Shown in pieces: positions 36,067 through 44,743 of a DNA stretch of 44,743 nucleotides. The stretch lies in contig JBBILZ010000016.1 of assembly GCA_037444665.1 (NCBI GenBank), positions 1 to 44,743 of the forward strand, in the 5' to 3' direction. The DNA is from a candidate division WOR-3 bacterium. Its GTDB lineage: Bacteria; Hydrothermota; Tepidihabitantia; SM23-42; JAOAFX01. Made by a program: the position numbers and the translations under genes. Each line of letters starts with the position of its first letter. Position 1 is the stretch's first letter. A model generated the notes under the pieces. It made no database searches and was not told the DNA's origin. It saw nothing but the letters and a program-made list of their open reading frames with translations.

Positions 36067-38855
36067 TCCGGACCTATGGTTAGATAAAATTTCCACTTTG
36101 AGCGCTCGCCTTTTTCATCAATCCAATCTTCCAGATTATTGGCACGGGCAAAATCCAATTTAAATATTGCAAAGAGAAAATTAAATCTCAAACCAAAGCC
36201 CAGCCCCATCTTTACATCTTTAAACCGAAAAGAAAGCAGATTGTCTGCTGGTTCAAAAACTTGAAAAGAATCAGAATAAACACCAGCAAAATCAGCAAAT
36301 AGAACCCCTCTTATATTTCTTATTTCAATGGGCAAAGGAAAGGCAAGGCGTAAGCGGTCAATAAAAGGAAATCTGTATTCAAAATTCAAAAATCCCAGAT
36401 CCGCACCAGTAAATGTGTAGTAATCAAAACCACGGATAGAACCCGGACCGCCAATGGACCAGAGTTCCTCATCCTTACCAAAATTGCCCGCAAGTACCAA
36501 TCGTGTAGCAAAATTTGCCCGCGGTGAAAGCCGAAAATATCTGCGGTAATCAAGGATTGCTGCCTTGATATCAAAATCACTGAATATTGTTGTATATCCT
36601 GTTATGCGGGCACGCAGACCATTGTGCGGACCAGTATCACCCCATTTGGCATTGTCAAAAATAAAAGAAAGTTCTGGATAATTAAAATTATAAGATGTAT
36701 CAACATAATAATCAGAGTAAAAATCATCAAAGAATTCAAGCCATTTGGTCTCATAAATTTTATAGGTATACAATCCTAATTCAGTTCGGAAAAATTTTGT
36801 AAATGGATACTGGGACATAATACCCGCACCAAGATAACGCCATATCACAAGGTCATTTCCATCGGCAAAATAATTGAGGTACTGAAAAAAGGCAAAACCT
36901 AAATCAGTACGCTTCTTAAGATACCAGTAAACGAGAAAGATATCAGAGGAAGTCAAACTTCCATAAAAATCAGTGCTGAATTGAATATAATGATTGCCAA
37001 GTATATCACTGAACCCAAGCTGGGTCATTCCGGAAAATCCTAAAGGAGTATAATAAGACGCACTTGCTACGATATAATCAAGCGTGAATTTCAAGCGATA
37101 TTTTCTGACCTTATCCTTATCCAGTTCTGATAATTCAAAATAATTTTCACCAATAAATTCTTCTGTAGTATCACAATCAACCATTTTACTGAGTGGTTCT
37201 TTTACCACGCAAATATCATAACCATAGTCATTATAATAACCAAAAGCAATCTTCTGATAATCACGGGATATTGAAGGATAATAGATGCCAGTAAGGATAT
37301 CGGTCTTTCTTATTATCTTCTTTTCATCAAATGAAAAATAGTAAAGATTATATGCTGAATCATAGTCAGCAATAAAGAATATTCCCGCATCATCATTAAA
37401 AAAGGGCGATGCAACATAGGCAGTTCTGGGAATAAACCGTTCTATATTTTTATCTTCTATTATAAATACGCTGTAGCTACCATAACGGTATGCCTCATTT
37501 GAATCGGGTCGGTCTGAAACAAAAATAATTTTCTGCTCTGGAGAAAAATCAGGAAATTTGTCAGTATAGATATCATCAGTCAATTTTTCAAGGTTACCTG
37601 TTTTAACATCAAGTAAATAGATATCCAGGTATGAATCTTTTAAGCCACTGAAAACTATTTTTGAACCATCAGGCGAAAATTTTGGTGAATATATGCCATC
37701 AAGTTTTAATTTAAATTTTTTATAGACCCTGCCATTGCGTGCATTTATTATATAAAGCACATCTTCACCCTGCGCCTTTGCCGCAAAACTTATATATTTC
37801 TCATCGGGCGACCAGGCAATACCACCTTGATACAGATGTAAACCTTCATAACCTGAGGAATATTCTGCCTTCACAAGCCTCTTTAAAATTCTGCCATCAA
37901 TACTTGAAACAACGATCAATTCCGCAGTTTCCTGGCGGTCACTGATAAAAGCAATTTTATCACCATTAGGCGAAATCGCAGATGATGTATTATAGAATGT
38001 CCTGGTTTTTTTATGGTCGTAAACAACCCGCGCAAAATTATCAAAATTTTCTGAAAGTTTTATTTGTGGCCAATATTTTACCTGATAAAATTTCACCCAG
38101 CGATTATTAAAATCGTCTACTCCAACACCAAAAGCAGCCATGAATGCATTGTCCAGGTTCTTTTTTGCCTTCAAAAGATGAATAAATTCACTTATCTTTT
38201 CCCTTCCATATTTTATACTAACATAGTTATAAAATGCCTGCCCTTCCTTATAGATAATATAACCACCATAATTACCAAGGTCAGCAAGGAAGATGAACTG
38301 ATTGTTCATAATCAAATCTCGCATATAAATATCCGCTTCAAGATTCCAGCCCTGAGAAAAATATTCAGCACAACCTTCCATTACCCATAATGGTATTGAA
38401 TACATAAAATCACCGGTAAGGATTGCCTCAAGTTTTGAAGGAAAGAATATGACAAACTGGAATACATGGGTAAGTTCATGGACCAAAACATGGCGTAAGT
38501 CTTCATAGTCTCCATTAAATGGTATAACCATTCTATTCTTTAAAATCTCGGTAAAACCACCAACCGACTCTTCAATCAATTCAAGCGTTACATTGGTCTG
38601 GGAAAAATGGTTTGGTGCATTATAGAGAATGACCGGAATCCGAAATTCCACCTCAATACCAAAATCCTTGCTTAATTGTTCATAACCATCCTCAAGCACA
38701 TCCTGGGCAAATAGAGCAATATCCTTGCCTCCATCATAAAAATATATATCAAAATGTTCTGTGGATAAAATCTTGAAATGAAAATCACGATACTGGATTT
38801 TATTCTGGCCAAAATATTGATTAAAGAGGCAAAGAGATAGCAAAATTGCGCCCAT
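36060..38855 (-). CDS. Omp85/BamA-family barrel protein with N-terminal zincin (peptidase MA-like) domain and PD40/WD40-like repeats
   Basis: FGQNKIQY; HELTH...P.W..EG.AEY; SPNG/WSPD/FSPDG repeats; IGG..SIRGF and G.GFGLR...KLDFA. Confidence 0.88.
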   Translation of the reverse strand: MGAILLSLCLFNQYFGQNKIQYRDFHFKILSTEHFDIYFYDGGKDIALFAQDVLEDGYEQLSKDFGIEVEFRIPVILYNAPNHFSQTNVTLELIEESVGGFTEILKNRMVIPFNGDYEDLRHVLVHELTHVFQFVIFFPSKLEAILTGDFMYSIPLWVMEGCAEYFSQGWNLEADIYMRDLIMNNQFIFLADLGNYGGYIIYKEGQAFYNYVSIKYGREKISEFIHLLKAKKNLDNAFMAAFGVGVDDFNNRWVKFYQVKYWPQIKLSENFDNFARVVYDHKKTRTFYNTSSAISPNGDKIAFISDRQETAELIVVSSIDGRILKRLVKAEYSSGYEGLHLYQGGIAWSPDEKYISFAAKAQGEDVLYIINARNGRVYKKFKLKLDGIYSPKFSPDGSKIVFSGLKDSYLDIYLLDVKTGNLEKLTDDIYTDKFPDFSPEQKIIFVSDRPDSNEAYRYGSYSVFIIEDKNIERFIPRTAYVASPFFNDDAGIFFIADYDSAYNLYYFSFDEKKIIRKTDILTGIYYPSISRDYQKIAFGYYNDYGYDICVVKEPLSKMVDCDTTEEFIGENYFELSELDKDKVRKYRLKFTLDYIVASASYYTPLGFSGMTQLGFSDILGNHYIQFSTDFYGSLTSSDIFLVYWYLKKRTDLGFAFFQYLNYFADGNDLVIWRYLGAGIMSQYPFTKFFRTELGLYTYKIYETKWLEFFDDFYSDYYVDTSYNFNYPELSFIFDNAKWGDTGPHNGLRARITGYTTIFSDFDIKAAILDYRRYFRLSPRANFATRLVLAGNFGKDEELWSIGGPGSIRGFDYYTFTGADLGFLNFEYRFPFIDRLRLAFPLPIEIRNIRGVLFADFAGVYSDSFQVFEPADNLLSFRFKDVKMGLGFGLRFNFLFAIFKLDFARANNLEDWIDEKGERSKWKFYLTIGPEW

Positions 38856-38863
38856 ATCTTTAA

Positions 38864-38891
38864 AGTATAACGAAATAAATATCATTGTCAA
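38864..38891 (-). promoter_or_regulatory. Putative near-leaderless sigma70 promoter
   Basis: TTGACA-16 bp-TATACT-8 nt-ATG (38855). Confidence 0.55.
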
Positions 38892-38905
38892 GATACCGAA
38901 ACTGC

Positions 38906-39054
38906 TTGCCCAATTTATCGGGCAGAGATTATCTTGCATCAAACTGTAGTTGCCCGATTTATCGGGCAGAGATTAAATTTTTTAGTCTACAAAAAATATA
39001 AAGCCTCATAAATGAGGCAACTACTGCATCCGGTTGAAAATGGATGCTTTAACC
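38906..39054. repeat. GTAG-type REP doublet, copy D (38946-39024), plus a degenerate upstream unit and the shared tail
   Basis: TTGCCCAATTTATCGGGCAGAGATTA (38906), then GTAGTTGCCCGATTTATCGGGC...GCCTCATAAATGAGGCAACTAC-TGCATCCGGTTGAAAATGGATGCTTTAACC. Confidence 0.85.
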
Positions 39055-39156
39055 GATTCCCTATCTCTCTCTTTGTGAAAGGGGAACTGACAGGGATTTT
39101 TCTGCTTGGGCAATTTATAATAAGTAAAGAGGACTCAGACCGAAAGTAAATATATC

Positions 39157-39185
39157 TTGACTAAAGCATATTTATTAGATATAAT
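39157..39185 (+). promoter_or_regulatory. Putative leaderless sigma70 promoter for asd
   Basis: TTGACT-17 bp-TATAAT-7 nt-ATG (39193). Confidence 0.6.
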
Positions 39186-39192
39186 AAAGACT

Positions 39193-40182
39193 ATGAACAG
39201 AGTTTTAGTTCTTGGTGCAACTGGCCTTGTAGGTCAGGAACTTATAAAAATTCTGGAACAGAGAAAGTTTCCAGTGAAAGAGCTCTTTTTATTCGCATCA
39301 GAAAAGAGTGAAGGAGCGACTGTAACATTCTGTGACCGGGAATATGAGGTAGTATCAGAATATGAGCCTCTTGTTGATAAGGTTGATATTGTATTTGGAT
39401 GCCTTGATGAGCCACTTGCTAAGGAGATTGTTCCAAGATTCAGGGAAAAGTCTGTAGTTATAGATAACTCTCCTGCATTTCGTATGGACCCAGAGGTGCC
39501 GTTGATTGTTCCTGAGATTAATCCACATAAGATAAAAGAGCACAAAGGGATTATTGCGAATCCAAATTGTTCCACTATCCAGATGCTGGTGCCACTATAC
39601 CCATTGCATAAAGAATCAAAGATAAAAAGAATCTTTGTTGCGACATATCAATCGGTCTCAGGATATGGTAAGGCAGCAGTAGAGGAATTGAAATTAGAAC
39701 TGGAATACATTGCAGTGGAACAACCCGTTCAGAAATTTGAAGATAGTGTTTTTGCTCATCAAATAGGTGCCAATATCATACCTCAGATTGGTCGTTTCAA
39801 TGAAATGGGTTATACAAGTGAAGAGATGAAGATGCTCAATGAAACAAGAAAAATTTTTGATGACCAATCAATACTTGTCAGTCCAACCTGTGTGCGCATA
39901 CCAGTATTTTATGGCCACAGCGAAGTGGTCACTGTTGAATTTGAAAAACCGCTCTCGGTTGAGCAGGCAAAAGAGATTTTAAAGAATGCGCCTGGGGTAG
40001 TATTATGTGAAAATGATGCGGATTATCCTGTGCCCGTGAATGTGGCAGGAAAAGACGAAGTCTTTGTGGGCAGGGTGCGTAAAGATTTTTCATTTGAGAA
40101 CGGTTTCAGTATGTGGATTGTTGCAGATAATATTAGAAAGGGTGCGGCACTAAACGCAGTCCAGATTGCGGAGTTATTATGA
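39193..40182 (+). CDS. asd: Aspartate-semialdehyde dehydrogenase
   Basis: LGATGLVG, IANPNCST, TYQSVSG.G, CVRIPVFYGHS and ADNIRKGAALNAVQIAE. Confidence 0.95.
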   Translation: MNRVLVLGATGLVGQELIKILEQRKFPVKELFLFASEKSEGATVTFCDREYEVVSEYEPLVDKVDIVFGCLDEPLAKEIVPRFREKSVVIDNSPAFRMDPEVPLIVPEINPHKIKEHKGIIANPNCSTIQMLVPLYPLHKESKIKRIFVATYQSVSGYGKAAVEELKLELEYIAVEQPVQKFEDSVFAHQIGANIIPQIGRFNEMGYTSEEMKMLNETRKIFDDQSILVSPTCVRIPVFYGHSEVVTVEFEKPLSVEQAKEILKNAPGVVLCENDADYPVPVNVAGKDEVFVGRVRKDFSFENGFSMWIVADNIRKGAALNAVQIAELL

Positions 40183-40252
40183 TAATGAGAAAAAAGACAA
40201 AAAACTTGCGATGGCTCTAAATTGTAAAAAGATGGTAAAGAAAAAATGGACA

Positions 40253-40326
40253 GGAGTAAGGGCGTTTACGCCCGTAAAAATGTGTTGGAATTTAAGAAAA
40301 TTTAACGAACCTGAAGGCTCTACTCC
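40253..40326. repeat. Divergent GGAG-type REP doublet
   Basis: GGAGTAA-GGGCG-TTTA-CGCCC ... GAACC-TGAA-GGCTC-TACTCC: inverted GGAG/CTCC ends, each next to a hairpin. Confidence 0.55.
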
Positions 40327-40422
40327 AAAGTCATTAGTAGTTTTATTTAGCCTTATGCTAAATAATTTTTTAGGTATTTTGGTGTTTAGGCATTTAGGTA
40401 TTTGATATAGCTGAGGTGGATA

Positions 40423-41288
40423 ATGTGGTTTAAGAAAAAAGTTCAGGCAAAACCAGACGAAAAATTGGTGCTCCCTGAGGGCATCTGGGTAAAGTGCAAT
40501 TGGTGCTCCCTGAGGGCATCTGGGTAAAGTGCGAAAGTTGCGGCGAAATCCTCTATCGCAGTGAACTGGAAAAGAACCTCTGGATCTGTCCCAAGTGTAA
40601 TTTCCATTTTCGGATATCTTCCCATGACTACATTGCGCTACTACTTGATGATAGCAAACTTGAGGAACTTGACCCAGATATTGAGCCATCTGACCCATTA
40701 GATTTTCCTGAATATAAGAAGAAACTGAAGTCTGCCCAGCAAAATTCAAAATTAAAAGAAGGGCTTTTATATGGCAATGCCCGCATCGGCGGTATTGAAA
40801 TTATATTTGCTACAATGGATTTTGCTTTTATGGGTGGAAGTATGGGTTCGGTTGTTGGCGAAAAGATTGCGCGAGCAATAAGGCATGCCCGTGAAGACAA
40901 AAAACCACTCATAATTCTTTCCACTTCAGGTGGCGCCCGGATGCAGGAAGGCATATTTTCATTAATGCAACTTTCAAAGACCTCAGCAGAACTTGCACTG
41001 CTTGCCAAAGCACATGTACCATATATTTCAATACTGACCCATCCTACTATGGCAGGTGTTATGGCATCTTATGCCTCGCTTGGTGATATTATCATTGCCG
41101 AGCCCGGTGCATTGATCGGTTTTACCGGTCCCCGGGTTATTGAACAGACAATCGGTGAAAAATTGCCGCCGGGATTCCAGCGTTCAGAGTTTATGCTGGA
41201 GCATGGAATGGTTGATTTAATCGTATCTCGTAAAGACCTGCGTAACACACTGATAAGGATTCTAAAAGTCATCAGTAAAATTCCGTGA
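40423..41288 (+). CDS. accD: Acetyl-CoA carboxylase carboxyltransferase beta subunit; split by a 35-bp duplication
   Basis: MWFKKK...PEGIWVKC..C...C..C, FMGGSMGSVVGEKI, SGGARMQEG and FQRSEF. Removing one copy gives 276 aa from ATG 40423 (GAGGTG RBS). Confidence 0.93.
40463..40532 (+). repeat. Perfect 35-bp tandem duplication (frameshift)
   Basis: AATTGGTGCTCCCTGAGGGCATCTGGGTAAAGTGC x2. Confidence 0.93.
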
Positions 41289-41332
41289 GGATAAACTCCA
41301 TTACCCAAGATAAAGGGTAATTTCATTTAAAA

Positions 41333-42403
41333 ATGGCTGAATTAAGATTAGAAAATGTCTCCAAGATTTATGATAAAAATATTATTGCGGTTCAGGATAT
41401 AAATTTTACTGTCAGAGACCGTGAATTTGTAGTATTATTAGGACCTTCAGGTTGTGGCAAGACAACGATATTGAGATTGATCGCAGGGTTGGAACAGATT
41501 ACCTCAGGAAAGATCTTTATTGATAATTTATGTGTGAATGAATTGAGTCCGGACAAACGCGATGTGGCAATGGTCTTTCAGAATTATGCACTCTATCCAC
41601 ATATGAATGTCTTTGATAATATGGCATTTGGATTAAAAGTAAGGCACTTACCAAAATCCGAGATTGAAAAAAGAGTTTTGAATGCAGCCGAAATTCTCGG
41701 ATTAAAAGATTTTTTAAATAGAAAACCCCGACAATTGTCAGGTGGTCAGCGCCAGCGTGTTGCCCTGGGACGTGCTATTGTGCGTGAACCAAAATTATTC
41801 TTATTTGATGAGCCACTCTCTAACCTTGATGCAAAGTTAAGGGTTCAGATGCGTGGAGAATTGTCCCGATTGCATAAAAGATTGAATGCGACCATAATAT
41901 ATGTTACCCATGACCAGGTGGAAGCGATGACCCTGGGCGAGAAAGTTATTGTTATAAATAATGGCAGAATTCAACAATGCAGTGACCCGCTCTCTCTTTA
42001 TAAAAAACCAGCAAACAAATTTGTGGCGGGCTTTATCGGTTCGCCGCCAATGAATTTTATCACCGGTAATATTAAAAAAGAAAAAGATGCAGTAATATTT
42101 TACAATCAGGATTTAGCAATACAATTAAATAAAGATTTTGAAAAATTTTTAAATCAAAATGTAATACTCGGCATCAGACCAGTAGATTTCACTGATGTTG
42201 AAGGTATAGAATTTAAAATTAAAGTAGAAATCATGGAACCGATAGGTGAAGAAGTATACATCTATGGAAAATTAAATAATACGACAATCCATGCCCGTGT
42301 TCCTGCCGGAATAAAACCAGCAATAGACCAATTACTGACCTTGAAAATTCCGCCAGAAAAGATATACTTATTTAATGCCCGAACTGAAAATGGCTTCAAC
42401 TAA
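41333..42403 (+). CDS. ugpC: Carbohydrate ABC transporter ATP-binding protein (UgpC/MalK family)
   Basis: GPSGCGKTT, VFQNYALYPHM, LSGGQRQRVALGR, DEPLSNLDAKLR and FIGSPPMN. Confidence 0.9.
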   Translation: MAELRLENVSKIYDKNIIAVQDINFTVRDREFVVLLGPSGCGKTTILRLIAGLEQITSGKIFIDNLCVNELSPDKRDVAMVFQNYALYPHMNVFDNMAFGLKVRHLPKSEIEKRVLNAAEILGLKDFLNRKPRQLSGGQRQRVALGRAIVREPKLFLFDEPLSNLDAKLRVQMRGELSRLHKRLNATIIYVTHDQVEAMTLGEKVIVINNGRIQQCSDPLSLYKKPANKFVAGFIGSPPMNFITGNIKKEKDAVIFYNQDLAIQLNKDFEKFLNQNVILGIRPVDFTDVEGIEFKIKVEIMEPIGEEVYIYGKLNNTTIHARVPAGIKPAIDQLLTLKIPPEKIYLFNARTENGFN

Positions 42404-44497
42404 AAAAACAAAAAGCCACCGTCTGCGCTGGCTTATTATTATCATTGCTTCGCTGCTTGGTGGTTTTATGCTGGGCTTTTACATCCAGATTGTCCATGAC
42501 CTACCACCTGCAGAAGCAATCTCTTTTTATACACCGCCTGTCTCAACCAAAGTCTATGACGACCAGGATAGCCTGCTTACTGAATTTTTTATTGAGCGTA
42601 GAGAATTGACCAATCGCGTAGAGAATTGACCAATCTGAGCGAAGTACCTGAATATTTAAAAAAAGGTTTTATCTGCATTGAAGACAAAACATTCTACAAG
42701 CACTGGGGCGTTGATATTAAAGCAATCTTCCGTGCCCTTTTTCAGAACATTCTCCATATGCGTGCGGCACAGGGTTTCAGTACCATAACTATGCAACTTG
42801 CCCGAAATATCTTTCTCACCCAGGAGAAAACAATCCTGCGAAAATTAAAAGAGATTATGCTGGCATTGCGCATTGAACGCACTTATACAAAAGATGAAAT
42901 TCTTGAGCGCTATCTGAATCAGGTCAATTTTGGACAGGGCAGGTATGGTGTAGCAACCGCAGCACGGTATTATTTCAACAAGGATATCTCTGACTTAACC
43001 CTCAGCGAATCTGCATTGCTCATTGCTCTGCCAAAATCTCCTGAATATCTCTCACCCTATCGTTATCCAGAACGCGCAAAGGCACGGCGGGATTTAGTAT
43101 TAAAACAGATGTTTAAAGACCATATCATTACTGAAGATGAGTATAACAGGGCAATCAATGAACCACTCAATGTAGTAGACCATAAAAAAGGAAGTAATAC
43201 TGGGGAGTATTTTATTGAGGAAATAAGAAGATACCTTGAGATGAAATACGGGGCTGAATTTCTTTACCGCAGTGGCGCAAATATTTATACTACCATCAAC
43301 AGAAATATTCAGCGGACAGCAGAAGAGATTCTGGAAAAGCATTTAAGTAAAATAGAAAAAGATTATAAACTGAAGATTACAAAAGCCAAAACCGATTCAA
43401 CCGGTATCCCTGATACATTGAATAAGACCCCTTATCTACAGGGCGCAGTGATGATCGTTGACCACCGTAAGGGCGAGATAAAAGCAATGATTGGTGGCAG
43501 GGACTTTAATCAGAGTAAGTTTAATCGGGCAACCCAGGCACAGCGGCAGACCGGCAGTTCATTCAAAGTATTTGTATTTCTTGCTGCACTGGATAATGGT
43601 TTTACACCAGCAGATTTAGTGCTTGATCTACCAATTGTGCTTGAAGTTCCAGGCCCAGACAGTATTTATCGGCCAGCAAACTATGACCACAAATTTATGG
43701 GACCGATTACAATGCGCAAGGCACTCGCCCTTTCAAGGAACCTTGTGGCAGTGCGTCTGATTCGTATTGTCGGACCAGACCTTGTGGTAAAATACGCCTA
43801 TGATATAGGTATAAAATCAAAACTTTTACCAGTTGTCTCTTTAGCACTTGGTGCTTGTGAAGTAAGTCTTGCAGAATTGACCCAGGCATTCAGCACCATT
43901 GCCAATCTTGGTGAAGAAAAGTCATTAATAATGATTAGAAAGATTACAAATCGTGAAGGCACAATCATTGAATTGAACAAACCTCTATCAGAGCAGAAAT
44001 TATCTCCGCAAACGAGTTTTATTCTGGTCAATATGATGCGGTCTGTGGTTGATGGTGGCACTGGCTATGAAATACGAAAATATTACAAGGGTCCGGCCGC
44101 AGGCAAAACCGGTACTACAGACAATTATTCAGATGCCTGGTTTATTGGATTTACACCCCATTATACTGGAGGTGTCTGGGTAGGTTATGATGACAACCAG
44201 TCAATCTTTCGTGGTGCTACAGGCGGTGTAGTATCTGCGCCCATCTGGGGTGAAATTATGTCAAAGATTGATACGCTGATCACTGATGACTTTCCTGCAC
44301 CTGAAGGTATTGTCTGGTGCAAAATCTGCCCAAAATCAGGATTACTGGCAAATGAATACTGCCCTGCGCCAAGAGAAGAACCATTTATTGCCGGCACTGA
44401 ACCTAAACAATCTTGTGATATCCATACCTTTGAGACAAAATTACAGGTAGAAGATGAATTTGAAAAACTTGACCGCTCTGCCCTGCAGGGATATTAA
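42390..44497 (+). CDS. Class A penicillin-binding protein (PBP1A family); split by a 20-bp duplication
   Basis: N-terminal TM anchor; transglycosylase EDK.FY.H.G and GFSTITMQLARN; transpeptidase SSFK, SRN and KTGT. Removing one copy gives 695 aa. Confidence 0.92.
42596..42635 (+). repeat. Perfect 20-bp tandem duplication (frameshift)
   Basis: GCGTAGAGAATTGACCAATC x2. Confidence 0.92.
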
Positions 44498-44668
44498 TAC
44501 GAATTCTGCTCACTAATATTTTTTAAAATTTAACCAATTATTTTTCAAATCCCTCGCTACTTTATTTGGATAAACATATATTTAATTAGATTTAGTTTTA
44601 CCATCTTGAGTTTACTGCATTTTACAGTTTTAAATTTCACCTTTTAATACCCTGTTTTTCTAATACGG

Positions 44669-44690
44669 CAATACGACAATTGTCGTATTG
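44669..44690. promoter_or_regulatory. Perfect 22-bp palindrome, possible operator
   Basis: CAATACGACAATTGTCGTATTG is its own reverse complement and lies in non-coding DNA. Confidence 0.4.
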
Positions 44691-44743
44691 ACTATGATAC
44701 AGACAAAATCCAATACCTTATACGGATATGGAAATTAAGCATT

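Noticed and set aside
38856..38942. Extended N-terminus of the 960-aa ORF, and the TTG start of asd at 39157
   Set aside because: The extensions run through promoter and REP sequence; ATG 38855 gives a signal peptide and ATG 39193 gives a normal Asd start.
40166..40405. 79-aa ORF after asd
   Set aside because: Non-ATG start, overlaps REP-like and periodic repeats, and has no recognisable motif.
9438..44497. Six pseudogenes (nucleotidyltransferase, GT4, DPY19-like, zinc-ribbon, accD, PBP1A)
   Set aside because: Each break is explained by one perfect tandem duplication with no other decay, so they are annotated as probably intact genes.

Overview
AT-rich chromosomal window from an anaerobic, diderm bacterium; the gene style is reminiscent of FCB/WOR-3-like MAGs, which is inference only. 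Contents in order: (1) a ~8.5 kb operon with a corrinoid protein, two UroD/MtaA-type Zn methyltransferases, a RACo/RamA-type activator, two 2-hydroxyacyl-CoA dehydratase-family subunits and an HgdC-type ATP activase. It is interrupted by a REP-associated tyrosine transposase (RAYT) whose REP arrays are translated in frame inside proteins. (2) Envelope/sugar genes, an EgsA-like glycerol-1-phosphate dehydrogenase and a TonB-dependent receptor. (3) An ARPP-1/DUF6569-like gene followed by a Ser/Thr kinase-UvrD helicase fusion. (4) An mvhDGA [NiFe]-hydrogenase with its maturation protease. (5) Two GT-C glycosyltransferases, one resembling eukaryotic DPY19 C-mannosyltransferases and carrying a TPR tail. 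(6) fabG-acpP-fabF-coaE, outer-membrane and ABC components, asd, accD, an ABC ATPase and a class A PBP. Ten perfect 10-52 bp tandem duplications occur inside genes; six cause frameshifts (including accD and the PBP), and they are most likely assembly artefacts. Dispersed GTAG- and GGAG-type REP doublets are present, and the predicted sigma70 promoters almost all have a 16-bp spacer, several apparently leaderless. No rRNA, tRNA or CRISPR array was seen. Family assignments come from motif recognition by eye, not from database searches.
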